Source: Tubulanus polymorphus (taxonomy: Eukaryota > Animalia > Nemertea). Taken from it: DNA of 64,000 nucleotides. The stretch lies in NCBI RefSeq assembly GCF_964204645.1, contig NC_134036.1, positions 992,001-1,056,000 of the forward strand, in the 5' to 3' direction. The position numbers and the translations under genes are program-made. The first letter of the stretch is position 1; every line of letters begins with the position of its first letter. Below the pieces are notes generated by a model that saw only the letters and a program-made list of their open reading frames with translations, ran no database searches and had not been told where the DNA came from. Of the stretch, positions 30,006 through 44,606 are shown in pieces.

Positions 30006-32131
30006 TTTTTGCTTTTTTGTCGTTTGATCTTAGATTAAAAAATATTATCGATATCTGAAAAAGGAACGAGAAAATTTCAAACAGTTGAACCATACAGTAA
30101 CTCCTCCAGGCCTTATTATCAATTTACAAATTATTAGGAGTCTCTCTCAAATTACAGACCATTCAGAGAGTAGACAGACATTCCACCTGAAGTAAAGTAG
30201 GGCCTGCCCTAAGCTTAGTTTAAAATGCAGCCAACCAAGTCTGATATAGCCAACGTTGAAAATTACGAAGTTAATGCAATATCAAATGTGTGATAACTGC
30301 CAATTTTCTTATCACATGTTTCCCTGAAAGTATAAGGCCTTTCCATATATTTACTTATTTCGATGAGGCTGATGATTATGAATGAATTAACCTTATTAAC
30401 TTAAACTGAAGAAGTGTATGTATCATGAGCGAACTCAGTCGCTCAAATAAGTCAAATAAAGTTTTTAGGCCTAAGGCTAATAATAGTAGGCTACCGCGCA
30501 AAACATGTCTATCCAGAGTACAACAAACATTTACATGTTAGTGATAACTAGCATAGGCCTGAATTAACCTGCAATTAACAAACATCATCGTTCGTTGAAC
30601 CGAGAAAACATTATCAGACAAGTCCAGACAATAACCACGTTTTTCCCGGAGCCGGCAATGAGTTGTCAAAATTTTCAGAATAAAATTTTCGAACCGTTAT
30701 ATCTCGGAATACCTAACAGAAATTCGCGATTTAAAGTTGATATCTCACCTGTTACGGTTAAAACTGTAGTCTGGTTTAGTTTCGATGTGTTTTCGTTGTG
30801 TTTGCCGTGATATATCAGACGCGATTCGACGCCGAATTTCTGGATTTTTCTCGACCGACCCTCGTGAACCAGGAAGTGATGTCACTAACGGACGCTCGGC
30901 AAACATCGGAACGCTTTCGCGGAAACTACCGAGTCAGATCTCGGCGATGTTCGGAAATAGCCGAGGCTTCCCGATTGACAAGCGAATGCAGTGACGGTTC
31001 GAGTCCCAGTGAGGAGAGATTTAACCACCAAAATTAACAAAAAACACGCAATTTGGACCAGAATCTGTGCAAATATCAGATAAAAACGTGATAAAATCCG
31101 TAATCATAAATGTTTTTTTGAGAATCATAGCTTTGACACGCAATTTCAATCTTAAGTAAGATACTTCAGAGACATCTATCGTAGAAAGATAAAACTACCA
31201 GAGTAGAGTTAACCTATAATAAACATCAAAATCTAAATGAACAATTCACTTTTTTGCATTAGATATTGATCGAAATTATGAAAATAAAGCAATTATGCAA
31301 AAGGGGATATATTTATGATACGGAATGGGGTATCTACTACAAAAACTAGATATTTCAATACGGATTTGTGAACACCAGTGGTGCGGATACGCTATAATGT
31401 TATATGAAGGATCCAGTACGATTATAGGGTGATGAAAATGTGATTCTTTTCCGTATTCTCGTCGCCGACATCGCGCTTCATAGTCTAGAGGTAGAGTATA
31501 CCCGCATTCTCGCCCCGAGAGAATGTTTTTTAGGGTTTCTGGAGAAGGACCCTGTTGGCCTAGGGCACTAGGCTGATAGGGCCCACCTGCACCAACCCAC
31601 AGTAATCAACCTTACTGGAAGTATAGTACACTTGATGAGACTTATGTACATTAGCATCGAAAGCTCGTGCGTCGAATAAACCAGTTACACCGATTAGTAC
31701 TACTACTAGTCTCGTTAATTATTCCACGGAAGTGTCTGCACTTTCCCGTTTATTCTAAACCCGGTTAACACGGCTACTCAACGAATCTTCTTACAATCGT
31801 AGGTTAAAAGATCAAACCAATCATTCCCCTATTTTCCATTTCCTGCAGGTGTGAGTACAAGATATCGATGAATATTTCTGCGGAAAAGATCATCACAGAA
31901 ATCTTCATTTGAACTGAAAATAATCCACCAAATAGTCCATAGACTGACACAGCAAATAAATCAATCACAAACTCTGGTTATCTGAACACATTTTTTTATA
32001 TGTCTCATAAATTTGTTGCATACAAATAAATCTTAATGTTTTATTTAATAATTGCTGGATATATCTAATATTTACAAAGCCCTGTGCCACCCCCCCCCCT
32101 CATGTGACTTCAGCTGGCTGTTTCATTGATG

Positions 32132-34314
32132 TTAAATTGGAAACGTGTTTCTAATTTCTGTGAGTTTGTAGTATTGATACGGCTGTACTGAGTCATCGGT
32201 ATCTGAAATTATGATTAATATATACATTAGATTTATAACCTGAAGCAATAGAACTAAAGGCATGTGCCCGCAAGGCCAGCTGAAGCAACACAATGCAGAG
32301 TTTGTGCCCGCAAGGCTGGCTGAAGCAACACAATGCAGAGCTTGTGCCCACAGGGCTGGCTGAAGCAACACAATGCAGAGCTTGTGCCCACAGGGCTGGC
32401 TGAAGCAACACAATGCAGAACTTGTGCCCACAGGGCTGGCTGAATCAAGCATTGGCCTGACTTATATATCAGCGCAGAATTCCATATATATCCATATTCT
32501 TAAATGGATCCAATTCAAAGGCTCTGGGGCTATTTGAAATCAAAGCTATCCTGCATGCACAACATTTCCAACGGATATGAGCAGGCCAAACTTAAGTTTC
32601 GGAATAACCTTCAGAAAAATAGGATCGGTAAAAACATTGGCCAGGCCAAAGCCGCGAGTGCTGGCCCTACAGTTACTGCTTGGATAAGTCGCCAACATAG
32701 TTACTGTCCAAACTACGACAATTTAACTGTAGTTTATTGATAACTGACCTGATGATGATGATGTGAAGTTGTTGTTCGGCAGATGAGGGAAGATTGTTTG
32801 ATTGTTATCAGCGAGCCACACGGTAGACAGCGGCTCACCCGTGTCTCTATGAGTACACGACACTTTCACCGACCATCTCATCGGCTGATAGCTGGAAAAT
32901 AAAAACAAACCGCATGAAGAACTCGGAGGAGGACAGGGCCCGGTTTCACGAAAAAGTTTAAGCCGAGATCAGTAAAGTCTGAATTGTTGTCCTCATTGAA
33001 AACATGAAGTAACCAATGGCAAGGACATCAAAAATTTGAATTAACTCTTTATGAAACTGAGCCCCGAGCGTCATCAGCTCACGCACGGAACAGACTCAAT
33101 ACGATCAGTCTTACATTGTACTCAGTATTTGCAGTAATTTTCCTTTAACCGGAATCACAAATTCATGGTTGGCGTCGAACGGATGTTTCTCGTAGTAACT
33201 CAAAATGTGCCTGCAGAGAAGGAGCGAGAGAGAGGAGAACAAGAATCAGATTTAGGTTTAAACACTCTAAATACTTAAACACCTCATCTAGACCCTGATA
33301 ATCTGTAGGAAGGAGAACAAATCAGATAAAGTTTTAACACTCTAAATGCTAAATTTAGAATCTAGTAGGAGATAAAGAAAGGGTTTTAGCATAAATTCCC
33401 TGCATTGATTATTGTTTCTAGGTTCAGGCATGGTTAAAGAGATTTCTAGTAAAATTCACTGAACACTTGAGTGGGTCAGCAGATACCTGGTAGTCAGTGT
33501 CAGGATACTATCCGGTAGACTGATGTATTGTTTAAGCATGCTGACAATCTCGACGCAATGATGCAGTTTTTCTGCTCTCGCGATGCGCTCTTCGAGATCG
33601 ACGTCTTTTTCGTCCGCCATGAAATACAACAAGTGATGATCATTCGCGAATCCATTCTCTACAACACAAATATCATAAATAGAAATTGTGAGTATTGGCG
33701 AGTAATGCAAGGGGTATGAGCAGGGTGGTGCCACTTTCCGCCCATTTACAAATACCCCGATTATTACACCAAAATTGAATGAATTGAATGAATCAGAGAT
33801 ATTTTTAAGTTTAAAATGTTACAGATTCATTTTTCATGGAATCACGTATTGATTAAGAAGGCATGGTCAATTCAATTATACAAATTCCTTGATTTCCCAG
33901 TTTCTTTGCAAAAATTGGTCAAATTACCCAGGTTTTCTTTTTCTTAATTTCTGAGTTTTCCAGGTCAATGGCAGCACCCATTATGGGTCGAGGTGGTTAT
34001 GTTAAGAGAATGGTAGGCCCTGCACAGGGCGTAGTCAGTCAGTCTGTTAAAACTCACCTATAAGAACTGTTTTATAGTCTTCACGTATTTTCAACAATCC
34101 CATCTCTAAGAGTATTTTAATCGGTTCTGGATCCGATTCCGTCAACAAGGGGGCGCTGTAGTTGTCCATCTTGATCAATTTTGCGATTGGCGTCGAATCA
34201 TTTGCGTTTAACTGCAATGAACGACAGAGATTATTAGAAAGGGGAGAGAGATTTATACAGGGGGAAAAGGGGAGGGAGAGAGGGAGTTGGGGAGGGGGAG
34301 AGTTGGACGAGAGA

Positions 34315-34413
<99 letters not shown>

Positions 34414-37400
34414 GGAAGAGGAAGTTAGAGGAAAGAGAGAGGAGAGGAATTTAGAGGAGGTGCAATCCGAGTACGCGTAAAATGTAATATGAAGAGAAGG
34501 TAAAATCAAAGTTTCATTAGAGTGGGGAGTTTTATTAGAACAAGGGAAGAGATAGAGACAGGAGATTTAGAGTAGGAGCCACCATCTACAAACTGACCAG
34601 CCATAAAGGGAGGGTAGAGTTAGAGTAGGAGCCACCATCTACAAACTGACCAGCCATAAAGGGAGGGTAGAGTTAGAGTAGGAGCCACCATCTACAAACT
34701 GACCAGCCATAAAGGGAGGGTAGAGTTAGAGTAGGAGTCACCATCTACAAACTGACCAGCCATAAAGGGAGGGCAGAGTTAGAGTAGGAGCCACCATCTA
34801 CAAACTGACCAGCCATAAAGGGAGGGTAGAGTTAGAGTAGGAGTCACCATCTACAAACTGACCAGCCATAAAGGGAGGGCAGAGTTAGAGTAGGAGCCAC
34901 CATCTACAAACTGACCAGCCATAAAGGGAGGGTAGAGTTAGAGTAGGAGCCACCATCTACAAACTGACCAGCCATAAAGGGAGGGTAGAGTTAGAGTAGG
35001 AGTCACCATCTACAAACTGACCAGCCATAAAGGGAGGGTAGAGTTAGAGTAGGAGCCACCATCTACAAACTGACCAGCCATAAAGGGAGGGTAGAGTTAG
35101 AGTAGGAGCCACCATCTACAAACTGACCAGCCATAAAGGGAGGGTAGAGTTAGAGTAGGAGCCACCATCTACAAACTGACCAGCCATAAAGGGAGGGTAG
35201 AGTTAGAGTAGGAGCCACCATCTACAAACTGACCAGCCATAAAGGGAGGGTAGAGTTAGAGTAGGAGCCACCATCTACAAACTGACCAGCCATAAAGGGA
35301 GGGCAGAGTTAGAGTAGGAGCCACCATCTACAAACTGACCAGCCATAAAGGGAGGGCAGAGTTAGAGTAGGAGCCACCACCTACAAACTGACCAGCCATA
35401 AAGGGAGGGCAGAGTTAGAGTAGGAGTCACCATCTACAAACTGACCAGCCATAAAGGGAGGGCAGAGTTAGAGTAGGAGCCACCATCTACTAACTGACCA
35501 GCCATAAAGGGAGGGTAGAGTTAGAGTAGGAGTCACCATCTACAAACTGACCAGCCATAAAGGGAGGGTAGAGTTAGAGTAGGAGCCACCACCTACAAAC
35601 TGACCAGCCATAAAGGGAGGGTAGAGTTAGAGTAGGAGTCACCATCTACAAACTGACCAGCCATAAAGGGAGGGCAGAGTTAGAGTAGGAGCCACCATCT
35701 ACAAACTGACCAGCCATAAAGGGAGGGTAGAGTTAGAGTAGGAGCCACCACCTACAAACTGACCAGCCATAAAGGGAGGGCAGAGTTAGAGTAGGAGCCA
35801 CCATCTAGTTGCCTATTTCTAGGAGGGAAATAGGGAAAGAGAGAGGGGAGTTAAAACTGTCCAGTAACAAAGAGAGAAGGGAGTTAAAACTGACCAATAA
35901 CAAAGAGAGAAGGGAGTTTAAACTGACCAATAGCAAAGAGAGAAGGGAGTTAAAACTGACCAATAACAAAGAGAGAAGGGAGTTTAAACTGACCAATAGC
36001 AAAGAGAGAAGGGAGTTAAAACTGACCAACAGCAAAGAGAGGGGAGTTAAAACTGACCAGTAACAAAGAGAGGGGGTTAAAACTGACCAGTAACAAAAAG
36101 AAGGGTGTTAAAACTGACCAATAGCAAAGAGAGAAGGGAGTTTAAACTGACCAATAGCAAAGAGAGAAGGGAGTTTAAACTGACCAATAGCAAAGAGAGA
36201 AGGGAGTTAAAACTGACCAACAGCAAAGAGAGGGGAGTTAAAACTGACCAGTAACAAAGAGAGGGGGTTAAAACTGACCAGTAACTAAGAGAAGGGCGTT
36301 AAAACTGACCAGTAACAAAGAGAGGGGGTTAAAACTGACCAGTAACAAAGAGAGGGGGTTAAAACTGACCAGTAACTAAGAGAAGGGCGTTAAAACTGAC
36401 CAGTAACAAAGAGAGGGGGTTAAAACTGACCAGTAACAAAGAGAGGGGGTTAAAACTGACCAGTAACTAAGAGAAGGGCGTTAAAACTGACCAGTAACAA
36501 AGAGAGGGAGTTAAAACTGACCAGTAACGTTAAATCTTTCGCCGATTCCGATTTCAACTCAGTGAAAATCAATTCCAAACACGAAACAAGTTCCGAAAAT
36601 GAGCAACAACCTGAAAATCATTTAGAAAAAAAACATCTCAATTCATTTCATATCCGTTAAAAAAAATCTCAGCCTAACCCCGCACGCTACCGTTACCTAG
36701 CAACAATGACCACAGTTTTTCGGTCAACGAAAATTCACGTTTTTTCAGGAATTTAAACAAACTGTTATCGGACGCAGCCTCGTTCGGATCGTCGTCGTTT
36801 TCCGTCTGCTGCTGGTCGGCGCGGTGAATTTTACTCGCCGCTCCCGACGTCGCCTCGGCAACCGATTCTATTATCCGAAAAGAAATAGAATGAAAATCGA
36901 GAATTAGATGAAGACGTGACAGCTTGAAAAGTTTGAGATATCGATATCCGTTTGGAATTTGATAATATCGAAATTTAACAACACTAGAATGTCCTGATAT
37001 TCGTCGATGAACTTTTCAGATTGAAATAATGTTTCTTCAAAAAAAAAACAACAAAAAAAAAACATTTACCTCGTAAAAGTTTTTTAATCTTCTTTAGAAG
37101 GAAGAGATCTTTAGAGTCGGTGAGTAAAAATAGTTTACGCGACTTCAAACCATCGACGGCTAACTGTGAAATATAAACACAAATTAATGATTAATCAACA
37201 CGACAATGGCCTCTTCCCAATGCAGAAATTCTTGAGTGAATCTGCAGAATCGAGAAATTTGATGGTTAGCAGTAACACTAGCCTCCCCCTCGCTGTCAAT
37301 CTCTGTCACAGAGGCCATTATGTGCAGTTACACTAACCAACATTATCTGAATTCCCGGAGTTTTTCCAGGTTAGCCAGAAATTGTGTCATTTTCCTTGAG

Positions 37401-40400
37401 TTTCAGATATGCCTCGTTAGAGGCCACCCTGCGCAGTTACACTAACCCCCACCTGTCAACCCTTGTTCCTATTTTACTAACCTTCAGATAAGTAATTTCT
37501 CTATACAGAAATCGACTGATATTTCTCTCGTCTCCCGGAACTGCCGTCACTTTCTGAAACGAGTTAAAAAAAAAAAAACGATCAGTTAAACATTCATCGC
37601 GTTGAATCATCGATTGTAAAATGTCATTTAATCGTCGTGGATACTAACAATGAAAGCGTTTGAATCGGGCGGAGGTTTCTCCATCAATTTACGACACGTT
37701 TTCCACTGAAACGATACGTTCATGTAACTAGGGCAACCGACGTTCCATTGTTGTTGTTGCGCGGGGTTCTGCTCTTCGAATGGCGGTTCATCGAATTGTG
37801 TTATAGGTGTCACCACTGCATACTCCGAGGTGCATAAAATTGACGCTTGTTTCAGCTGCGGAAAATATTTAAAACTGATTCATTTAAAATAAATATTTAA
37901 CATCTTTTTTTAATTTTGCGATGTTAGAATTTGTTAATTACGTTGTATTGGAAAATCCCACAATAGTCGAATGACTGAAATGTCAATTGAAATCTTAGGA
38001 ATATTACGGGTGACTCCTAGAAGGCTAGAACTAGAAGGTCGAAGGAAGCACCCAAAATACTTCTTATATTCAGATCGCTTAATCTTAAAGTGCTAGTGAC
38101 GTTAGTCTGCTTTTGCGTCTTTGGAACCTTGCTACAATGGGCTCGGTATCACAACTACATAGAACTTTGTCCCAAGTACCACCATTTAGTTCATTTCATA
38201 CTGAATAAACCCACTATCAGTTGTAACTACAACAACTAGTCCAGCTGACTTTACCACCACAAAGCTGCTACCCAACAATTTAAATTACTCCGCAATACAA
38301 TCCTCCATTTCTATTCTATTACTCCCACTAGGGAGCCCAAAAATCTTAATTCTATAATTCCCTTCATTTTCATTAGCAAAGTTATGACTTTCATCAGGTT
38401 GTTATCACTTAAATGACATCAGTCATGAACGGTGTTTTCACGATGTCAAAAACATCTGATAGACATATCCTCTGTTAGAAATGTAATTAGAAGAACACCT
38501 CTGTGAAAGTGCTCATCTTTTTAAAACGATTTAAATTGCGTTTTAAGCACCCTACCCAGTATAGCTACAATAGATAACTAGATCGAGAAAATGTTTAGTA
38601 CTTGTAGTCGTTGAAAGGTAGCGCTGTATATTTATAATATTGTTAATAACTTTTGTAATATCTAATAGACGCTTTTACGAAACTGAATCTTTGTAAAAAT
38701 CGATTTAAGTTACACGTTTATGGCACACGGTTTAGTGAATCTGTTTTGGTAAATCAACTCGTTTATGGACGCGGTTTAGTAAATTGATTTACAAAATCGC
38801 CACTAACTTGCTCGGCGAGCAAGTGAGTGGCGATTTAGTCAGCTAAATCCAACATGGCGTCCTCTTCGATCGCGGGCTGAAGACATCTATCGCAGACCAT
38901 CATCTATCGATAATTCGATCACCATTGACGCAAATTTTCTTTCGAATCGCGACCTTTAAATTGATTCGAATCATTTACGAAAAACGATTTCATTTACTAA
39001 ACCTTTTGTTTACCGACAGATTCGATTTTGTAAAAGCGTCTTATTGAAACGAGTTTATATTGTCTGTTTATTGTAAATATAGTATACTTTCTACAAATCT
39101 CCCTCCATACACAATAGAAATGGTTGGAATGTGATTAACAACTGAATACTAACAAGGCAAGGAAGGCCGCTGAACAACTGACCTAACGGGCAGCTTCAAT
39201 GTCATGATAGTAATGATCTTCACTTTTCTTTTCTTTAGCTCCAACTAGGGAGCCCAAAAATAAATTCTATAATAATATTAATTCTGTGGCGAGAATAAGT
39301 AAATCAGATACTTATAACATAAAATGACATCGATCAAGGCAAGGAAGGCCGCTGAACAACTGACCTAACGGGCAGCTTCAATGTCATGATAGTAATGATC
39401 TTCACTTTTCTTTTCTTTAGCTCCAACTAGGGAGCCCAAAAATAAATTCTATAATAATATTAATTCTGTGGCGAGAATAAGTAAATCAGATACTTATAAC
39501 ATAAAATGACATCGATCATGAACGGTGTTTTCACGATGATGTCTAAAATATCTGATAGACATATCGTCTGTTAGAAGTGTTATAGGAAGAACACCTCGGC
39601 GAAATAAATCATCTTTCAAAAAACGATTTAAATTGTGTTTTAAGCACCCTACCCGGTATAGCTACAATAGATAACTAGATCAAGAAATTGTTTAGTACCC
39701 GAATTCGTTGAAAGGTGGCGCTGCATATTTTCAGTGTTAAGCTAACAACTTTGACACAATTTCTAAAAACATTTTCAGCGGGTTTTTTTCTGTACGTACC
39801 GTAGTTTTGGATCTGAGGAACAATTCATCGACGATCTGTTGTAATTGTTTTTGTCGTTGATCGGGACAAGCGGTCGGTCCATCTGTAAAAAATACAATTA
39901 TCAAACACTAGCTAACTACACAACAGATCGAACCGCCGTTTGAAGCCTGCAATTTTCTGTACAAGTTCCCATAGCTACGACATCCATGCGGTGAAGCGAT
40001 CTCAACAAATTTCCACGACTTTTCCCCAATTTTTAGGTTTTTTTTAAACCAAATTCCCTGACTTTTTAAAGAAAAGAAAAATTCCCTGACTTCTTTTTAC
40101 AGGAAAAAAATGTCCCCGACTTTGTAAATCATGGAATCATGAAATTCTTTGCTTCATACTCAATCATGTCCATTCATATTTGAGAAAATAAATTCTTTCA
40201 TTATATACGGTTACAGCTAGTCGGTTGCCTTGACGACTCACCCCCCCTCCGATAACACCTACCTTCACAAGTAATATTCAAGGCGTCGACGTCAATGCGG
40301 GATGAATCCTCGTTTCGGCGCGATTTCGCGATTAAACACACCGTTTTATTCACGTCGTCACGGTTACTGAGTACGCATAGTGACGGACAGTCGTCGCATT

Positions 40401-41666
40401 GTTGTCGTCGTTCGCGAATCGTCAACATAAAACACGACAGAATACGCCTGAAAATTAAATACCGACGAAAATAAATTCCACTCGAAAGTAATCGTCCCGA
40501 ATCTCGTTCTTTCGAGAGATGGTTACCTAGCAACGTTAATATCGACCCCGCCGGTTAATACCGCGTCGTTACATTCGCTAGTTACGGAATACTGTCGATA
40601 GGGGGCGCTACGATCACCGCCTAATTCAACTAGATACTGCATTTTCAGCGGAGATCCACTGACATCGAGCTCCTGATCGGATGGACGTCGTCCGCCGATA
40701 GGTGGCGTCACTGTCGATGCAGAATTCGAGATCTTACGAGTTTTTCTAACTTTGTTGACCTGGAAATAATTCAAAGCACAAAGATGAGGATAAGGTATCC
40801 ACATGGTTCCACAGTTCAGAATTAAGTTCCACAGTTCAAGATCCAGTTCCTCACTTCAGAACCCAGAGTTCTACATTTCAAAACCCAGAGTTCCACATTT
40901 CAGAACCCAGAATTCCATAGTTCAGAACCCAGAGTTCCATAGTTCAGGACCCAGAGTTCCACAGTTCAGAACCCAGAGTTCCTCACTTCAGAACCCAGTT
41001 CCCTAGTTCAGAACCCAGAGTTCCACATTTCAGAACCCAGAATTCCATAGTTCAGAACCCAGAGTTCCACATTTCAGAACCCAGTTTTGCAGACCATTAT
41101 TTTCGTACCTGTAAGTTAGGAATCCCGTGAATGAAAATACAAGGTGTCTTAGCGTAATTTGGTAGAATTTCATTGATCACTGGTAGAGGGTACGAACAAT
41201 CAGCCGATACATAGTTCCATAATCCGTCCTGTTAACAGAAACATTCATTTCGTTGTTACAGTACTGTTTGCAGGATGACACGCACGCCTGTAACTCTTAT
41301 CTTGATTTATTTGTTTTTAGTCTATATCTCACACCTGACGATAATTTCTAGGGTGAGATCGAAACATCGTGTATTCTATAGGGCCTATATTTAGATCTTT
41401 CGAATAAGTAAATTCTTGGTTTTAGAATTCTTTTAATCTGTAGATAGTGGGTTTTTATCTTATTACTTACCCATTGGTTAACGGTATCTGCTGGTAGTGA
41501 TTTATCCTTCAGAAAACTGTCAAAAAGGGAGAAAGTGGTAGGGGGGTAAATAATTTCAACTGTTGTGAAGGAAGGATTTTTAGACCTAATAAATAAAATG
41601 GCTTCATTCTAAAACTTACTGATCGATGGTTTGTTTATAATCTGAGATTTGTTGATGTGATAACAT
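32132..41666 (-). CDS. ZWILCH: Kinetochore RZZ subunit Zwilch (~16 coding exons)
   Basis: Spliced exons give RFLYREITYLK, REFSLTEKLW, PIKILLEMGLLKIREDY, HLLYFM, RAEKLHHCVEIV, ILSYYEKHPFDANHEFVIPV, YQPMRWSV. These match recalled human Zwilch (LYRELKFL, LDFAEQLW, PVQMLLEIGLDKLKKDY, QKLHHILEI, YYKQNPLDEQHIFQLPV) in order. ATG at 41666, TAA at 32132-32134. Confidence 0.9.
32254..32450. repeat. 40-bp minisatellite (~5 copies) in the last ZWILCH intron
   Basis: TGTGCCC(A/G)CA.GGCTGGCTGAAGCAACACAATGCAGAG repeated. Confidence 0.9.
34317..34410. repeat. (GA)n microsatellite
   Basis: About 46 perfect GA units. Confidence 0.98.
34569..35807. repeat. 53-bp minisatellite, ~23 copies (ZWILCH intron)
   Basis: AGAGTAGGAGCCACCATCTACAAACTGACCAGCCATAAAGGGAGGG(T/C)AGAGTT. 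Confidence 0.97.
35840..36528. repeat. ~30-33-bp minisatellite abutting a ZWILCH exon donor
   Basis: GTTAAAACTGACCAGTAACAAAGAGAG(G/A)GG repeated ~22 times; the last unit overlaps the exon end. Confidence 0.95.
38328..39725. repeat. Local duplications in a ZWILCH intron surrounding a palindromic element
   Basis: 39154-39335 is duplicated at 39336-39517, and 38328-38630 resembles 39427-39725. There is an inverted-repeat element at ~38664-39044. Confidence 0.75.
40805..41085. repeat. ~22-bp minisatellite
   Basis: TTCAGAACCCAGAGTTCCACA variants. Confidence 0.9.
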
Positions 41667-42595
41667 GATGATATTCTGGTGAGGTGCCTGAATATGTTGA
41701 CGTTTTGCGTCTGCAGAAACGAGGATTTAATTAAATTAAGTCAAGATCAGTTGTTGTCAGTCACCAGTTTTTGTAGGCAAGCCCCTCAATCTAAAAGGCC
41801 GGGATGTTGGGGGTCCAAAAACACTGCCTCGATACTCTATAAAGACGATGACCAGTTTGCAATCATCAGAATCAAAGTGAGTGGGTAAAAAACTGGGATA
41901 AAGGACCGTACGATTTTTGACAGTTCAATTTTGGAGCCTTAACCATTAGAGCGTACTCCGATGGGTCCTCGACTTTTTTGACTCTCGCTTTACGTAAATG
42001 TCCGTCTCAATTCATCATGAGCTATTTCAAATTTAAAAGGAATGATTTAATATATTTATTTAAGTTATTCATCCGGCTGAATTAGTTTTCAAATGATGGA
42101 TGAAAAGCGATAGAAAAGCAAAGGTACGAAATCTAGTATCGGCAATCGAATAGACTCTGCCAATTCAATTCAAGTATAATCTATTTTCGATTTCAAATAC
42201 GTATCTATAATCGTTATTTTGTTAAAATGTGGGTGTTCTTGTTTAATACTTTGATGTTTATGTACAATAATAAATTATCAATAAATAATGAATTAAATTA
42301 AATTAATTGCTTTATTGTACGGTATGTCTTCGTCACCGCGTTCAAGGTCGTGGGCGATATTTTCTGATACTCGGATTGGAACTTGAACTTATAATATTCG
42401 ATATTTCTACAGACAGACACAAAATCCAGGTTATCGATAAAACCTAAAAAGTAAACCGGGTTAGAAGTCCATCAGGTTCGCGCATGTGCATTGAAGCATT
42501 GGGGCCGATCCGTCCAAGAGCAAACATCAAAGTCTGACAACTCAAAAAATCACTCCTATTAAATTTTCAATCTTCCACCGGCCCCGGCATCGAAA

Positions 42596-44411
<1,816 letters not shown>

Positions 44412-44606
44412 ACCATGGACCTTTAAGAGAAACTCTGTATACTTAAAACAGTGAGAAAGGATGCATTTTAAAACTTATAAAAAGATACTGTTGCTCAAAC
44501 TTGAAACGCATTTATTTTATAAACATTTCAGTAATAAAAACGAACAATTTGATTAAAAATAATTAGCTGCTTGTTTTCTTACGTATTTTTTTGTCGTTAG
44601 GGAAGT

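Noticed and set aside
30880-31000. Heat-shock elements upstream of DNAJA
   Set aside because: GAA/TTC triplets are present but not in the canonical nGAAnnTTCn spacing.
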